Shown: positions 1 through 8,254 of the stretch, one piece after another
How positions within the stretch are numbered: the first letter of the stretch is position 1
How the letters are laid out: each line of letters starts with the position of its first letter
Assembly (NCBI GenBank): GCA_965220085.1
Contig: CBDCOZ010000001.1
Location: forward strand, 32,001-96,000
Reading direction: 5' to 3'
DNA: 64,000 bases
From: Candidatus Oxydemutatoraceae bacterium
GTDB taxonomy: Bacteria > Pseudomonadota > Gammaproteobacteria > Poriferisulfidales > Oxydemutatoraceae
Made by a program: the position numbers and the translations under genes
Notes under the pieces: model-generated
What the model was told of the DNA's origin: nothing
What the model saw: the letters and a program-made list of their open reading frames with translations, nothing else
The model's database searches: none

Positions 1-7
1 TACCATC

Positions 8-372
8 ACTCCCCCCTCGCATGGGACAAATTTGTTGCGATGCGCGCGACGCCTCGGCGTCTCGCATCACTCCCCCCTCGCATGGGACAAATACACGATT
101 GAAGTGCGTTTAATCCCCGTTTAAATCATTCCCCCCTCTGTGGGACAAATATCACTCTCCTCTTGTGGGTGCTCTGTCGACGCACTGCCGCTCGATTTCC
201 CTCGCGTGGGACAAATATCACTCTCCCCTTGTGGGAGAGTCGGCGTAGCTGTGCTACGCCGGAGAGGGGGAAAGGAAGGTTCGTGCAAGAAGCTCCCCCT
301 CACCGCATCGTCCTTCGCCTTCGGCTCGTCCTCTGCGACTCTCCCACGAGGGGAGAGTGTTTCCCCCTCACC
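8..372. repeat. REP/MITE-like palindromic repeat cluster
   Basis: Repeated ACTCCCCCCTCGCATGGGACAAAT units plus a GGGAGAGTCGGCG...CCCCCTCACC...CTCTCCC element that recurs at ~8031-8241, 10431-10548 and 38423-38575. Confidence 0.75.
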
Positions 373-910
373 AGTGCGCTTGCGAGGATGGTGCGAGGGG
401 AGCGGAGCGGGCAAGCTCTTTGCGATATTTTGCGGCTGCGCCGGGTCGGTTATGCGCTCGGATTTAATTTGCAAAATCGGAATCTTGTCAATAAGCTCCC
501 CGCCGCTAATGGGTGCGATGATGCGTTTTCTTATCCGGCAACGGAGAACCGATCCAGAATGCAAATCGGAGGAACGAGCGCAACAATGGACACCGATCAA
601 AACCGCGATGCACTTCACCATGACCGCGGAATATAAGCACAAAGTGAAGCGCAAGAATGCCTTGCGCAAGTTGGCCGACAATGCGCAGGCCGACCACGAC
701 GACAAGCCAAGCGCTTGGTTCGAACAACGCGGTCACCCATACCACACGCATTGCGAATCCTTCAGCGCGCTGGCCGACACCGAACACGGCGCGAACGGCC
801 GAGCCAAGTCATAAGCATCGAGCAACACAAAGCAACAGCATCGAGCAACGCGAAGTAGCGCGCACCGGTTGCGAGCCGACCGGTTGCGACGGCGAGGGTG
901 ATCTATAATC

Positions 911-982
911 GCCTTCGATCTATGCGGCTTGTGTGTAGACCGGACAAGCCGCACCTTTAATCTGTGTATGCTGTGGCACTTT
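911..982 (+). repeat. Intergenic module A, copy 1 (hairpin TGCGGCTTGT-N11-ACAAGCCGCA followed by TATGCTGTGGC)
   Basis: Near-identical to 2549-2620. The hairpin alone recurs at 3001-3031 and the TCTATGCTGTGG tail at ~3614 and ~6389. Confidence 0.8.
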
Positions 983-1006
983 AAAATAACTTACCGAAGG
1001 AGGCAA

Positions 1007-2449
1007 ATGATGAAAAGAGTAATCTTTTTCATATTCATTGCCCTTCTTTGGGGCAATGGAAAGGCATTGGAGATTAAAATCACCAATGCAACAACTCAAG
1101 ACTATATTTGGGCTAATGATGCAGATTTTGAGGCTTCAACCTGGAGCTCTGTATTACAAGATATCCTCTCTGAGGATGTTTTACAAACATTTTCTTCTAC
1201 TGCAAACACAGTGTCAACTGATACTATTGTGGCAACAACCCCAGATCACTTTGAGGTTGATGAAAATCTTGCATCAGCAGAAACAACAACAAATTCTATT
1301 GAAAAATCTCCGCTATCTGCAGAAGAAATGAGAAAAAGATTTGTTGTATCTGACGGAAATAGTTCCACATTGAGAAATCATCAGTATGCTGTCTTACAAT
1401 CAGCATGCTTGGGATATGAACATTGGGTTGAAAGACCTAATGAGTGTAGAGTAAAGGAAAATTTTCTTAACGAGAATGGAACCGCACCATACACATTCCT
1501 TCATATCCAAAGTGGTGGAACACACCAAGAAACAGATGAGATTGTTGAGTTTGTGAAAGCTTCTAGTAAGACAGATGTTTTAACAAGATCTAGTCAGCCA
1601 AATGCCAATGATATTGTTGCAGCAGGAATGCATCCAAACTTTGTTGTTGTTACCTCTGCTGGAAATACGAAGAAAGATGATATTTTCGGGGAAAGAGTTT
1701 ATCGGAATGAAGACGGACTCTGGATACGTAGTCATAATGATAATCCTGTACAAGATCAGTATCAAGATGATTATAACAATGTCATTAACGCAGTCGAAGA
1801 AGATCGTGCTGCATATGTAGCTGGTTATGTTATCAGGAGAACAATAAATGGACTAACACGCAGCGTTAAAACAAGTGAGTTGGAACAAATTCCAGTTCAT
1901 CAACATATTAATGTTGAGGGTACACTGCAACGAGCATCTGGATCTACATCTTGTTCAAAATACACAGGGAGGAACTGTTTTTGGCTTCCATATGGTATTG
2001 AATATCAGAACGTGGAGGGTGAAAAAAAAGTAATTCCGGGAACCTCTTTCGGTTCCCCCAGATTTGGTGCAATCCTTGCTTCCGCCATAGCATTAGATCC
2101 TTCTATGAATGGAACAGATGCTTTGAGGTTGGCGAGGGAATGTGCAATCAAGGTTGAAAGGCTTGGTGGTGCAGGAATCCCAAACTGGCCATGTATGAAG
2201 AGAAAAATAGCGGAGAAAGTCAATAAGGAGTCTTTGAATATAACAATAAACGAAGACTTCTTGAGACTGGAAAAAGTAGTTGTAGATGCAATATCTACAT
2301 CAACTTATGTAACTCTTATCAATCCAAGGATTGAACCAGACATAGTGGTGCCTCCAGAACCGCCGCCGCCGCAGGTAGCATCGACATCGACGGAGTCAAA
2401 CGCTCTGCGCTTGCGCTTGCGCCTATTCCTAGAAGGCCCCCTGCGATGA
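1007..2449 (+). CDS. Secreted subtilisin-like (S8) serine protease with C-terminal LRLRLRLFLEGPLR motif
   Basis: AGGAGG RBS before ATG 1007; signal peptide MMKRVIFFIFIALLWGNGKA; VVVTSAGN oxyanion motif and GTSFGSP catalytic-Ser motif. The Asp and His of the triad are only tentatively VVSDG and HQYAV. Confidence 0.7.
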   Translation: MMKRVIFFIFIALLWGNGKALEIKITNATTQDYIWANDADFEASTWSSVLQDILSEDVLQTFSSTANTVSTDTIVATTPDHFEVDENLASAETTTNSIEKSPLSAEEMRKRFVVSDGNSSTLRNHQYAVLQSACLGYEHWVERPNECRVKENFLNENGTAPYTFLHIQSGGTHQETDEIVEFVKASSKTDVLTRSSQPNANDIVAAGMHPNFVVVTSAGNTKKDDIFGERVYRNEDGLWIRSHNDNPVQDQYQDDYNNVINAVEEDRAAYVAGYVIRRTINGLTRSVKTSELEQIPVHQHINVEGTLQRASGSTSCSKYTGRNCFWLPYGIEYQNVEGEKKVIPGTSFGSPRFGAILASAIALDPSMNGTDALRLARECAIKVERLGGAGIPNWPCMKRKIAEKVNKESLNITINEDFLRLEKVVVDAISTSTYVTLINPRIEPDIVVPPEPPPPQVASTSTESNALRLRLRLFLEGPLR

Positions 2450-2548
2450 GATTCGTCTGCGCCGAGCACACCCATCGAGGTCACGCCTGCGCCGTCCCCA
2501 TGATCACGACCCAACATCGACGCGCTCAAACAACGCAAAGCAGCGCGC

Positions 2549-2620
2549 GCCTTCGAGCTATGCGGCTTGTGAGCAGTCTGCACAAGCCGCACCTTTAATC
2601 TGTCTATGCTGTGGCGCTTT
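2549..2620 (+). repeat. Intergenic module A, copy 2
   Basis: Aligns with 911-982 with few substitutions. Confidence 0.8.
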
Positions 2621-2654
2621 CCAACTTAAGCGCCGCAGTGCCTAATCGCGCTCA

Positions 2655-2719
2655 TTGACAGGCAGCGCCGACCTGTTGTAGCATTGCAAACTTTGAATGC
2701 CAGCAAACAGAACTGGCAA
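2655..2719 (+). promoter_or_regulatory. Promoter/5'UTR module B, copy 1 (TTGACA-N18-TAGCAT, then TGCCAG..CTGGCA hairpin)
   Basis: Homologous to 4275-4339 and 6779-6846; each copy lies just upstream of a secreted-protein gene. Confidence 0.7.
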
Positions 2720-2776
2720 GACTATTACATCAAATTACTTCTATTGGAGTTATGAGTAGAGGAGATAAATTAAATA

Positions 2777-2953
2777 ATGAACAGAAACAACATTTTGATA
2801 ACATTCGTAATGGCTATGTCACTATTCCTTTCAGGATGTGCTAGTACATCAGAACTTCACCCTAAAACTAAAGGATGTATGGATATCTGTGACAAGTGCA
2901 AGTGCAGTGATAACGTGTCTGAGTGTTTTAAAGGATGCAACGCGTTGCCCTAG
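2777..2953 (+). CDS. 58-aa cysteine-rich lipoprotein (absent from the ORF track)
   Basis: Hand translation MNRNNILITFVMAMSLFLSG-CASTSELHPKTKGCMDICDKCKCSDNVSECFKGCNALP*; AGGAG RBS; LSGC lipobox. Confidence 0.75.
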   Translation: MNRNNILITFVMAMSLFLSGCASTSELHPKTKGCMDICDKCKCSDNVSECFKGCNALP

Positions 2954-3055
2954 CCACCCAAGATTTTTCCATTTAAGAACTAATAAACTCAGCAATTATA
3001 TGCGGCTTGTGAGCAGTCTGCACAAGCCGCATCTTTCTTTGAGGGGGAGACCGAT

Positions 3056-3334
3056 ATCAAAAAAGCGCTTTTAATCATCCTGACTTTTGCGCCTGCGCTT
3101 GTTGTTGCGAGTCATGCTGTTGGGTGGGAGGAGCCGATGTATTCGGGCAAGCGCAATGTGTATCGGTATCTCGGTTGCCACGAAGACATGAATTATGTGC
3201 AACTGCAACAGTGCGAGGCAGAGGCCGAGCGCATAATGCGGCAACCGGCTAAACCGGCTGAAGCGGCAAAAGCGTCGACAATGACACGCGGGGCAAGTAT
3301 GCGTATAATGCGGCCATCGAGACCTGGGGGGTGA
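3056..3334 (+). CDS. Small secreted protein with ATC in place of the start codon (possible pseudogene)
   Basis: GGGGAG RBS, then ATC-KKALLIILTFAPALVVASHA signal peptide, in frame with ORF 3137..3334. Confidence 0.45.
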   Translation: MKKALLIILTFAPALVVASHAVGWEEPMYSGKRNVYRYLGCHEDMNYVQLQQCEAEAERIMRQPAKPAEAAKASTMTRGASMRIMRPSRPGG

Positions 3335-3602
3335 TCGGAAAAGTTGCAACTATGCGCCGGAGCAAATGTTTCTCTGGCATCGGTCGCATAGTAAAACTGT
3401 CCGGTGCGTTGACAGAACCGTTACCGTGACAGAGCAGAAGACTCGATAACATTCCTCAGGTATCGAATGGAGTGGGGTGGCATGCGAAAGCATCGCCGCT
3501 CTGCTCCGCTTTTTGCAATGCGAAGCTTGCGCTCCGATCAGTTGATTGGTAACCCGTAGCATCGCGCGAACAACGAGCGACACCGCATAACGAAACTTTT
3601 TA
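3316..3602 (+). ncRNA. Candidate structured ncRNA 1, copy 1
   Basis: Follows ATGACA-N17-TATAAT; multi-helix fold conserved in the diverged copy at 6081-6378 with compensatory changes; no family recognised. Confidence 0.6.
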
Positions 3603-3760
3603 AACGTTCATAGTCTATGCTGTGGCGCTTTTCGAGTTGAGCGCCGCAGCACTCCGTAGCACAAACATGAAGCGCGAGGTGGACGGGCGGCCAAAGTTAC
3701 AACGGTCGCAAGCGACCGATGGAACTTTGCCCCCGCGCCGCCCGTGTGAGGCCGGTGCGC

Positions 3761-3926
3761 GACCCCGGCAGAAACACATCCGAGGCGCAAGCCAACCGCT
3801 TTGCGCAGGGAGTGCGAGCGTGCCGAGCGCGTACTGCGCCGCCAGCGCAAGCCGCCCTGTGCGCCGGAACAACCGCAAGCCCTGCGCCCGCCTCTGTGGC
3901 CGGCGCACAGGGTGGCGCCGAGCGAG
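3761..3926. ncRNA. Candidate structured element 2, copy 1
   Basis: Homologous to 6505-6670; 13-bp stem with a compensatory pair between copies; strand unknown. Confidence 0.5.
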
Positions 3927-4274
3927 AGGGTGGCCGCTGGCACCCGGGCCGAGGCAGCGGCCACTGCCCGCGACAGCCAAGCACAGCGCCGGCGACAACT
4001 GCGGACGCGGGCGGTGGCCGCTTGGTGCAGCGGCGAGCGCGCCGGAGGCGAAGAGTGCCCGCTGCCACCGGTGCGCGACAGGGTGTCCCCGCGGCCGGCG
4101 CGCGGAGGTCATGTGCCGTCGTGCGCGAAGTCATGCCGTCGAGGTGCGCGCACAATGGCCGCCGCTTGCGACAGCGCAAGCGTCGCCTGCGCACACCGGT
4201 GAAGCACCAAGCGACTGCGACGCCGAGGGATGATCCGTAATCATGCCGCAACCACATTACTACGGGTAGCCCAA

Positions 4275-4339
4275 TTGACAGGCAAGCCCTGCCTGTTCTA
4301 TAGTTGCAGACTTTCAATGCCAGCGGACAGAACTGGCAA
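4275..4339 (+). promoter_or_regulatory. Promoter/5'UTR module B, copy 2 (TTGACA-N18-TATAGT)
   Basis: Near-consensus sigma70 boxes; repeat of 2655-2719. Confidence 0.75.
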
Positions 4340-4357
4340 GCCTGCGATGTTTGAGGA

Positions 4358-6001
4358 ATGAAAAAATTACTTTGTATCATCCTGTTACTGGGGGCGGCAT
4401 CAGTGTGGGCAAACCCCATGACTGTGCCCCAAGATGTGTTAACCGTAGCCCAAGCCGACGGCTCCGAACCGAACCCTTTGCGTTTGCGCTTGCGCGTATT
4501 CTTGGAAGGCCCCCTGCGAGGGGGTAGCGGCTGTTCGTCTTCGTTGGGGGCCTACAGGGGTCGCGAAGCGATGTACTCGAAACTAGCAGCAGCCGGGGAG
4601 CCCCCAAAAGCCGAAGCTTCAAAGCCAATGAAATCTCAGGCTGTAGAACCCCAAGTCAAGGAGATCAAAATTGCGGGAGCCGCAACGCACGACAACCCCT
4701 TGCGGTTGCCGCGATTCAGCGAACAGGAAGAGCAAGAAATCCTCAAGTTAATCGAAGACAAAACAAGATTTTATACAAGCATCCCAAGAGAAGCGAATGT
4801 CGGCACAAACCACTGGGAGAACGTCGGACGAGAAGATGGTTTTGACATTTGGCAGTTGCATATCCATTCGCCCGAGGCTTTCGGCTTGCAAGTTGACTTT
4901 TCTGAATTTGCCTTGCAGGAGACTATGTTGGTTAAGGTGTATGGAACAAGCGACAGCGAGATGCCTTTTATCGGGGAGTATACGAGCGCGCGGGGGTACG
5001 AGGGCAATTTCACCTCCATATCCGTTCCCGGCGATACGGCGGTCGTAGAAGCATGGATGCCGATTGGCAGCGGCGCAGCGGCAGACTTCCCCTTCAAGGT
5101 CAGGCGTATCTATCATCAATTCAGAGACCGCGCAAACAATGTCAGAGGAGTGAAAAGTTTTTCACTTAGCGAAAAGCAAAATTATCCTACATGCCCCCTT
5201 CTGGATGGCCGCTGTCATTATCCGGGCGTGCGACTCCAGCCATGGCGAGCCACTGTGCAAATACTGGCCGACGGCAGCGCTTGTAGCGGGACTTTAATTA
5301 ATAGTCAGGATAGCAGCTCTTTCCCTCCGGATAGCGCTCTTCTTTTAACCGCTTACCATTGTATTGACAATATGGCAGACCCGGAAGCGGCAAGAGGCAC
5401 ACGCGTAAATGCCACGTTTAGCATCGGCTCATCGCCTTGCGCAAGTCCGCCGAACAGACCTACTGCCGCTGCCAGTGGCGCCCGATTTATTGCCGCGAAT
5501 CGGCAGGGTGATTACGCACTCTTGCTGGTTGAGAACATTATAGGCGACGGTGTGCTTTTGGGTTGGCGGCCCGGCAGACTGCCGGTGGGAGCAAGCCTTC
5601 AAATATTTCACCACGGAGTGGGGGTATCAACACAACAGTATGCAGAGAGCAAAGTAACGGGTTTTTCACTACACAGCGGAACAGGCGCTTTTCGTGATTG
5701 TGGAAATTCTTCCGGGTGTTCACACTATAGTCTCCACTTAGCAGAGGGCGGCACAAGAGGGGGATCATCCGGCGGGGGATACTTTGTAAGGGGCAGTGAT
5801 GGGGAGTTTTTCCTTAATGCTGTCCTTACGCATGGGAATCGGCGCACTTGCACAAACAAGGCTTCTTTGTTGCAGAAAATTAGCGAAGATGGCAGGGTTC
5901 TGTGCGCTCTTAGTGCGGGAGGGTACGGTTATGCTAGACGCGGTCAGCAATGCGCTGATAGTGCCCGCCCATCATATGGCCTTACAGGCCAGCAATGTTA
6001 A
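4358..6001 (+). CDS. Secreted trypsin-like (S1, lysyl-endopeptidase-like) protease with the LRLRLRVFLEGPLR motif near the N-terminus
   Basis: Signal peptide; CSGTLIN, LLTAYHC (His), GDYALL (Asp), GSSGG (Ser); long prodomain. Confidence 0.85.
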   Translation: MKKLLCIILLLGAASVWANPMTVPQDVLTVAQADGSEPNPLRLRLRVFLEGPLRGGSGCSSSLGAYRGREAMYSKLAAAGEPPKAEASKPMKSQAVEPQVKEIKIAGAATHDNPLRLPRFSEQEEQEILKLIEDKTRFYTSIPREANVGTNHWENVGREDGFDIWQLHIHSPEAFGLQVDFSEFALQETMLVKVYGTSDSEMPFIGEYTSARGYEGNFTSISVPGDTAVVEAWMPIGSGAAADFPFKVRRIYHQFRDRANNVRGVKSFSLSEKQNYPTCPLLDGRCHYPGVRLQPWRATVQILADGSACSGTLINSQDSSSFPPDSALLLTAYHCIDNMADPEAARGTRVNATFSIGSSPCASPPNRPTAAASGARFIAANRQGDYALLLVENIIGDGVLLGWRPGRLPVGASLQIFHHGVGVSTQQYAESKVTGFSLHSGTGAFRDCGNSSGCSHYSLHLAEGGTRGGSSGGGYFVRGSDGEFFLNAVLTHGNRRTCTNKASLLQKISEDGRVLCALSAGGYGYARRGQQCADSARPSYGLTGQQC

Positions 6002-6080
6002 TGGCCGGCGGGGCTCTGGGGCGCAAAACGGCTAAAGCGGCAACTGTTGCCCGTGGGGAAAATATGCATATAATGCCACT

Positions 6081-6378
6081 ATCACGATTTGAGGATTGAT
6101 TAAAAAGGTTGCAACAGTCGCCGGGGGCTCTTCTCCTTTAGCGCCCGACGCGTAGTGAAACTGTCCGGCAAGCATGTAAACTAATCGCCGAGACAGAGCA
6201 AAAGACTCGATATACATCCTCAGATATCGAACGGAGTGGGGTGGCATGCGAAAGCATCGCCACTCCGTTCCACTTTGTGCAATGACGACTGACACAAAAT
6301 TGTTTCTGTCGATGAGTGGAGCGGAACACCGGAGCATCGTACGAACAACGATCGACACGACCGAACGAAACTTTTCAA
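6081..6378 (+). ncRNA. Candidate structured ncRNA 1, copy 2
   Basis: TATAAT at 6069-6074; same helices as 3316-3602. Confidence 0.6.
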
Positions 6379-6504
6379 ACATTTGCAGTCTATGCTGTGG
6401 TGCGTTCCTGATGGGCACCACAGCACCCTATCGATCTTAGAAATGCATCGGCGCATCATCGACCTGCCGGACGACAGCACAAGAAGGAAGCGCCGCCCGC
6501 GTGA

Positions 6505-6670
6505 GACCCCGACAGAAACACATCCGAAGCGCAGGTCAACCGCTTTGCGCAGGGAGTGCGAGCGCGCCGAGAATGTAATGCGTCGCAAGCGCAAGCCGAC
6601 CAGTGCGCCGGAACAACCGCAAGCCCTGCGCCCATCTCTGTGGTCGGCGCACTGGGCGGCGCCGTGCGAG
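6505..6670. ncRNA. Candidate structured element 2, copy 2
   Basis: Homologous to 3761-3926. Confidence 0.5.
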
Positions 6671-6778
6671 GCGGTCCGTCTTCGCCGAGCACAAGCACCG
6701 AGCCTACGCCTGTTGCGCCGAGCATACCCACAGAGGTCCCGCAATAAGAATAAAAATCGCGTTTCGTAGTCATGCCAT

Positions 6779-6846
6779 TTGACACGCAAGCGCTACTTGT
6801 TCTATAGTTGCAGACTTTGTATAATGCCAGCAAACAGAACTGGCAA
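6779..6846 (+). promoter_or_regulatory. Promoter/5'UTR module B, copy 3 (TTGACA-N18-TATAGT)
   Basis: Repeat of 4275-4339. Confidence 0.75.
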
Positions 6847-6897
6847 ATTTAAACATTCGACTCTTGAGGAGACTAACATGAAAAAAAGGAAACTAAC

Positions 6898-7449
6898 ATG
6901 AAAAAATACCTTAATTACTTTTATTGGCCTATGTTAGGCACCGCGGCGCCTATGACTAGGACTGCGCCAATGAAAAAAGTCATTGCAACCGTAATCTTGT
7001 GTATCCTGACAAGCGCCGCTTGCGCCCCAAAAGACTTTCAATCCTCCTTAACACTTGATAGTGATAGGTGCAATGCGCAGTGGCTGCACCGCGCCAATGG
7101 TATAGAATTGACATCTGATAGTGATAGCGGCACCCCCCGGTTAACACTGCGTTCGCGGATGTTTGTTACTATTCAAACCAACACAGTGGGACGACTGGAA
7201 AACAGTTCGGGCAGAGTGTTAATCACTAGCGATGACGATGGATCAGGCAATAATTTCGGCATTAGGGGAGTTCTTGAGCCGGGCACTTACTACATAAGAG
7301 TTGCGGGCTTTCAGAACTTGCCGTCATGCCGTTCATCAACGGGCGAGGGTACTTCCTCCATAAGAGTTGCGGGCCATCAGAACACAACGCTGAACATAGA
7401 CGCCCGTGCTCCCCGTGACGGTGATCCTGTCATTGGCGGCGGAGGCTGA
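6898..7449 (+). CDS. Lipoprotein with a pre-peptidase C-terminal (PPC)-like domain
   Basis: Lipoprotein signal MKKVIATVILCILTSAAC (alternative start 6970); DDDGSGNNF...LEPGTYYIRV motif. Confidence 0.65.
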   Translation: MKKYLNYFYWPMLGTAAPMTRTAPMKKVIATVILCILTSAACAPKDFQSSLTLDSDRCNAQWLHRANGIELTSDSDSGTPRLTLRSRMFVTIQTNTVGRLENSSGRVLITSDDDGSGNNFGIRGVLEPGTYYIRVAGFQNLPSCRSSTGEGTSSIRVAGHQNTTLNIDARAPRDGDPVIGGGG

Positions 7450-7461
7450 GGCGGCGCTCTG

Positions 7462-7995
7462 TCACTGACCGAGTGTCGCCAGCTTGAACTGTAGCAGTTT
7501 GCCGCGCAGCTCTTCGGACAGGCCGCTGATGTTTGCATAGTCAAAATCCTGCGGGATAGCCGTTTGCTCGGTGTCCATCATGCGCTGAATTTCCTGCTCC
7601 TGACGCGGCAGGTAGCCGGCATAAGCGGCGGTCGCTTCAAGTTGCTCGACCGCTTGCTCGTCGTTTAGCGGGTCGGGCAGTTGCGCAAGGGCTACGATGT
7701 CGGCGTAGCGAATGTCCGGCCGGCGCAACAACTCGGTCGCACTGCAAGTGTTTTTCAGACTGATGTCGCGGGTGCTTGCCTCTTGCGGTGTAATCTTCAG
7801 TGCGTCAATCTCACGCACCAGATGGCTCTTGCCAATCCCGCCGATGGCCGGATTGCAACTCATCTGCCCGACAGTCTCTATGCTGTGCGTCAGCAGAAGC
7901 GTGTGCGCGCCGGTACGCGCCGCCGCCAGCGCCGCCTCGGTCCCCGCGTGCCCGCCGCCAACGACAATGACCTCAAATTCTTGCTGGTTAACCAT
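7462..7995 (-). pseudogene. mnmG: Internally deleted mnmG/gidA (tRNA U34 modification enzyme)
   Basis: N-terminus [14 protein letters not shown]...[22 protein letters not shown] fused in frame to C-terminal ELLRRP...YAGYLPRQ...DFDY...GLSEE; 177 aa versus the usual ~630 aa. Confidence 0.85.
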
Positions 7996-8030
7996 GCCGC
8001 ACATTCTATCACTCCCCCCTCGCGGGGGAG

Positions 8031-8241
8031 TCGGCGAGCGCAGCAAGCCGGAGAGGGGGACAGCCTCATACTTGCACTAACCAACACTCCCCCCTCGCGG
8101 GGGAGTCGGCGAGCGTAGCAAGCCGGAGAGGGGGAAAAGGAAAGTTCGTGCAAGAAGCTTCCCCTCACCGCATCGTCCATCGCCTTCGGCTCGGTCTCTG
8201 CACTTGGTGCAAGCCGGAAACTTTCCCGCAAGGGGAGAGTA
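8031..8241. repeat. REP/MITE-like palindromic repeats
   Basis: Two ACTCCCCCCTCGCGGGGGAGTCGGCGAGCG units plus an element homologous to 235-360. Confidence 0.75.
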
Positions 8242-8254
8242 TGCACGGTGCTAA

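Noticed and set aside
121-908. Overlapping ORFs of 150-220 aa
   Set aside because: They run through REP-like palindromes and have no recognisable motif, RBS or consistent frame.
2951-2965. 14/15 match (TAGCCACCCAAGATT) to the minus strand of the 30-bp spacer at 36417-36446
   Set aside because: The match is at the PAM-distal end and short enough to arise by chance in 64 kb.
911-3031. Module A hairpins as integron attC sites
   Set aside because: No RYYYAAC/GTTRRRY ends or extrahelical bases, and no intI in the window.
3316-3602. Cobalamin/lysine riboswitch or group II intron fragment
   Set aside because: Lacks the B12 box, lysine-riboswitch consensus and domain V catalytic motif as far as I can see; kept as an unknown RNA pending an Rfam search.
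3608-4419. Several long Arg/Ala/Pro-rich ORFs on both strands
   Set aside because: GC-rich stop-poor sequence; the homologous copy at 6400-6800 does not preserve a common full-length frame.
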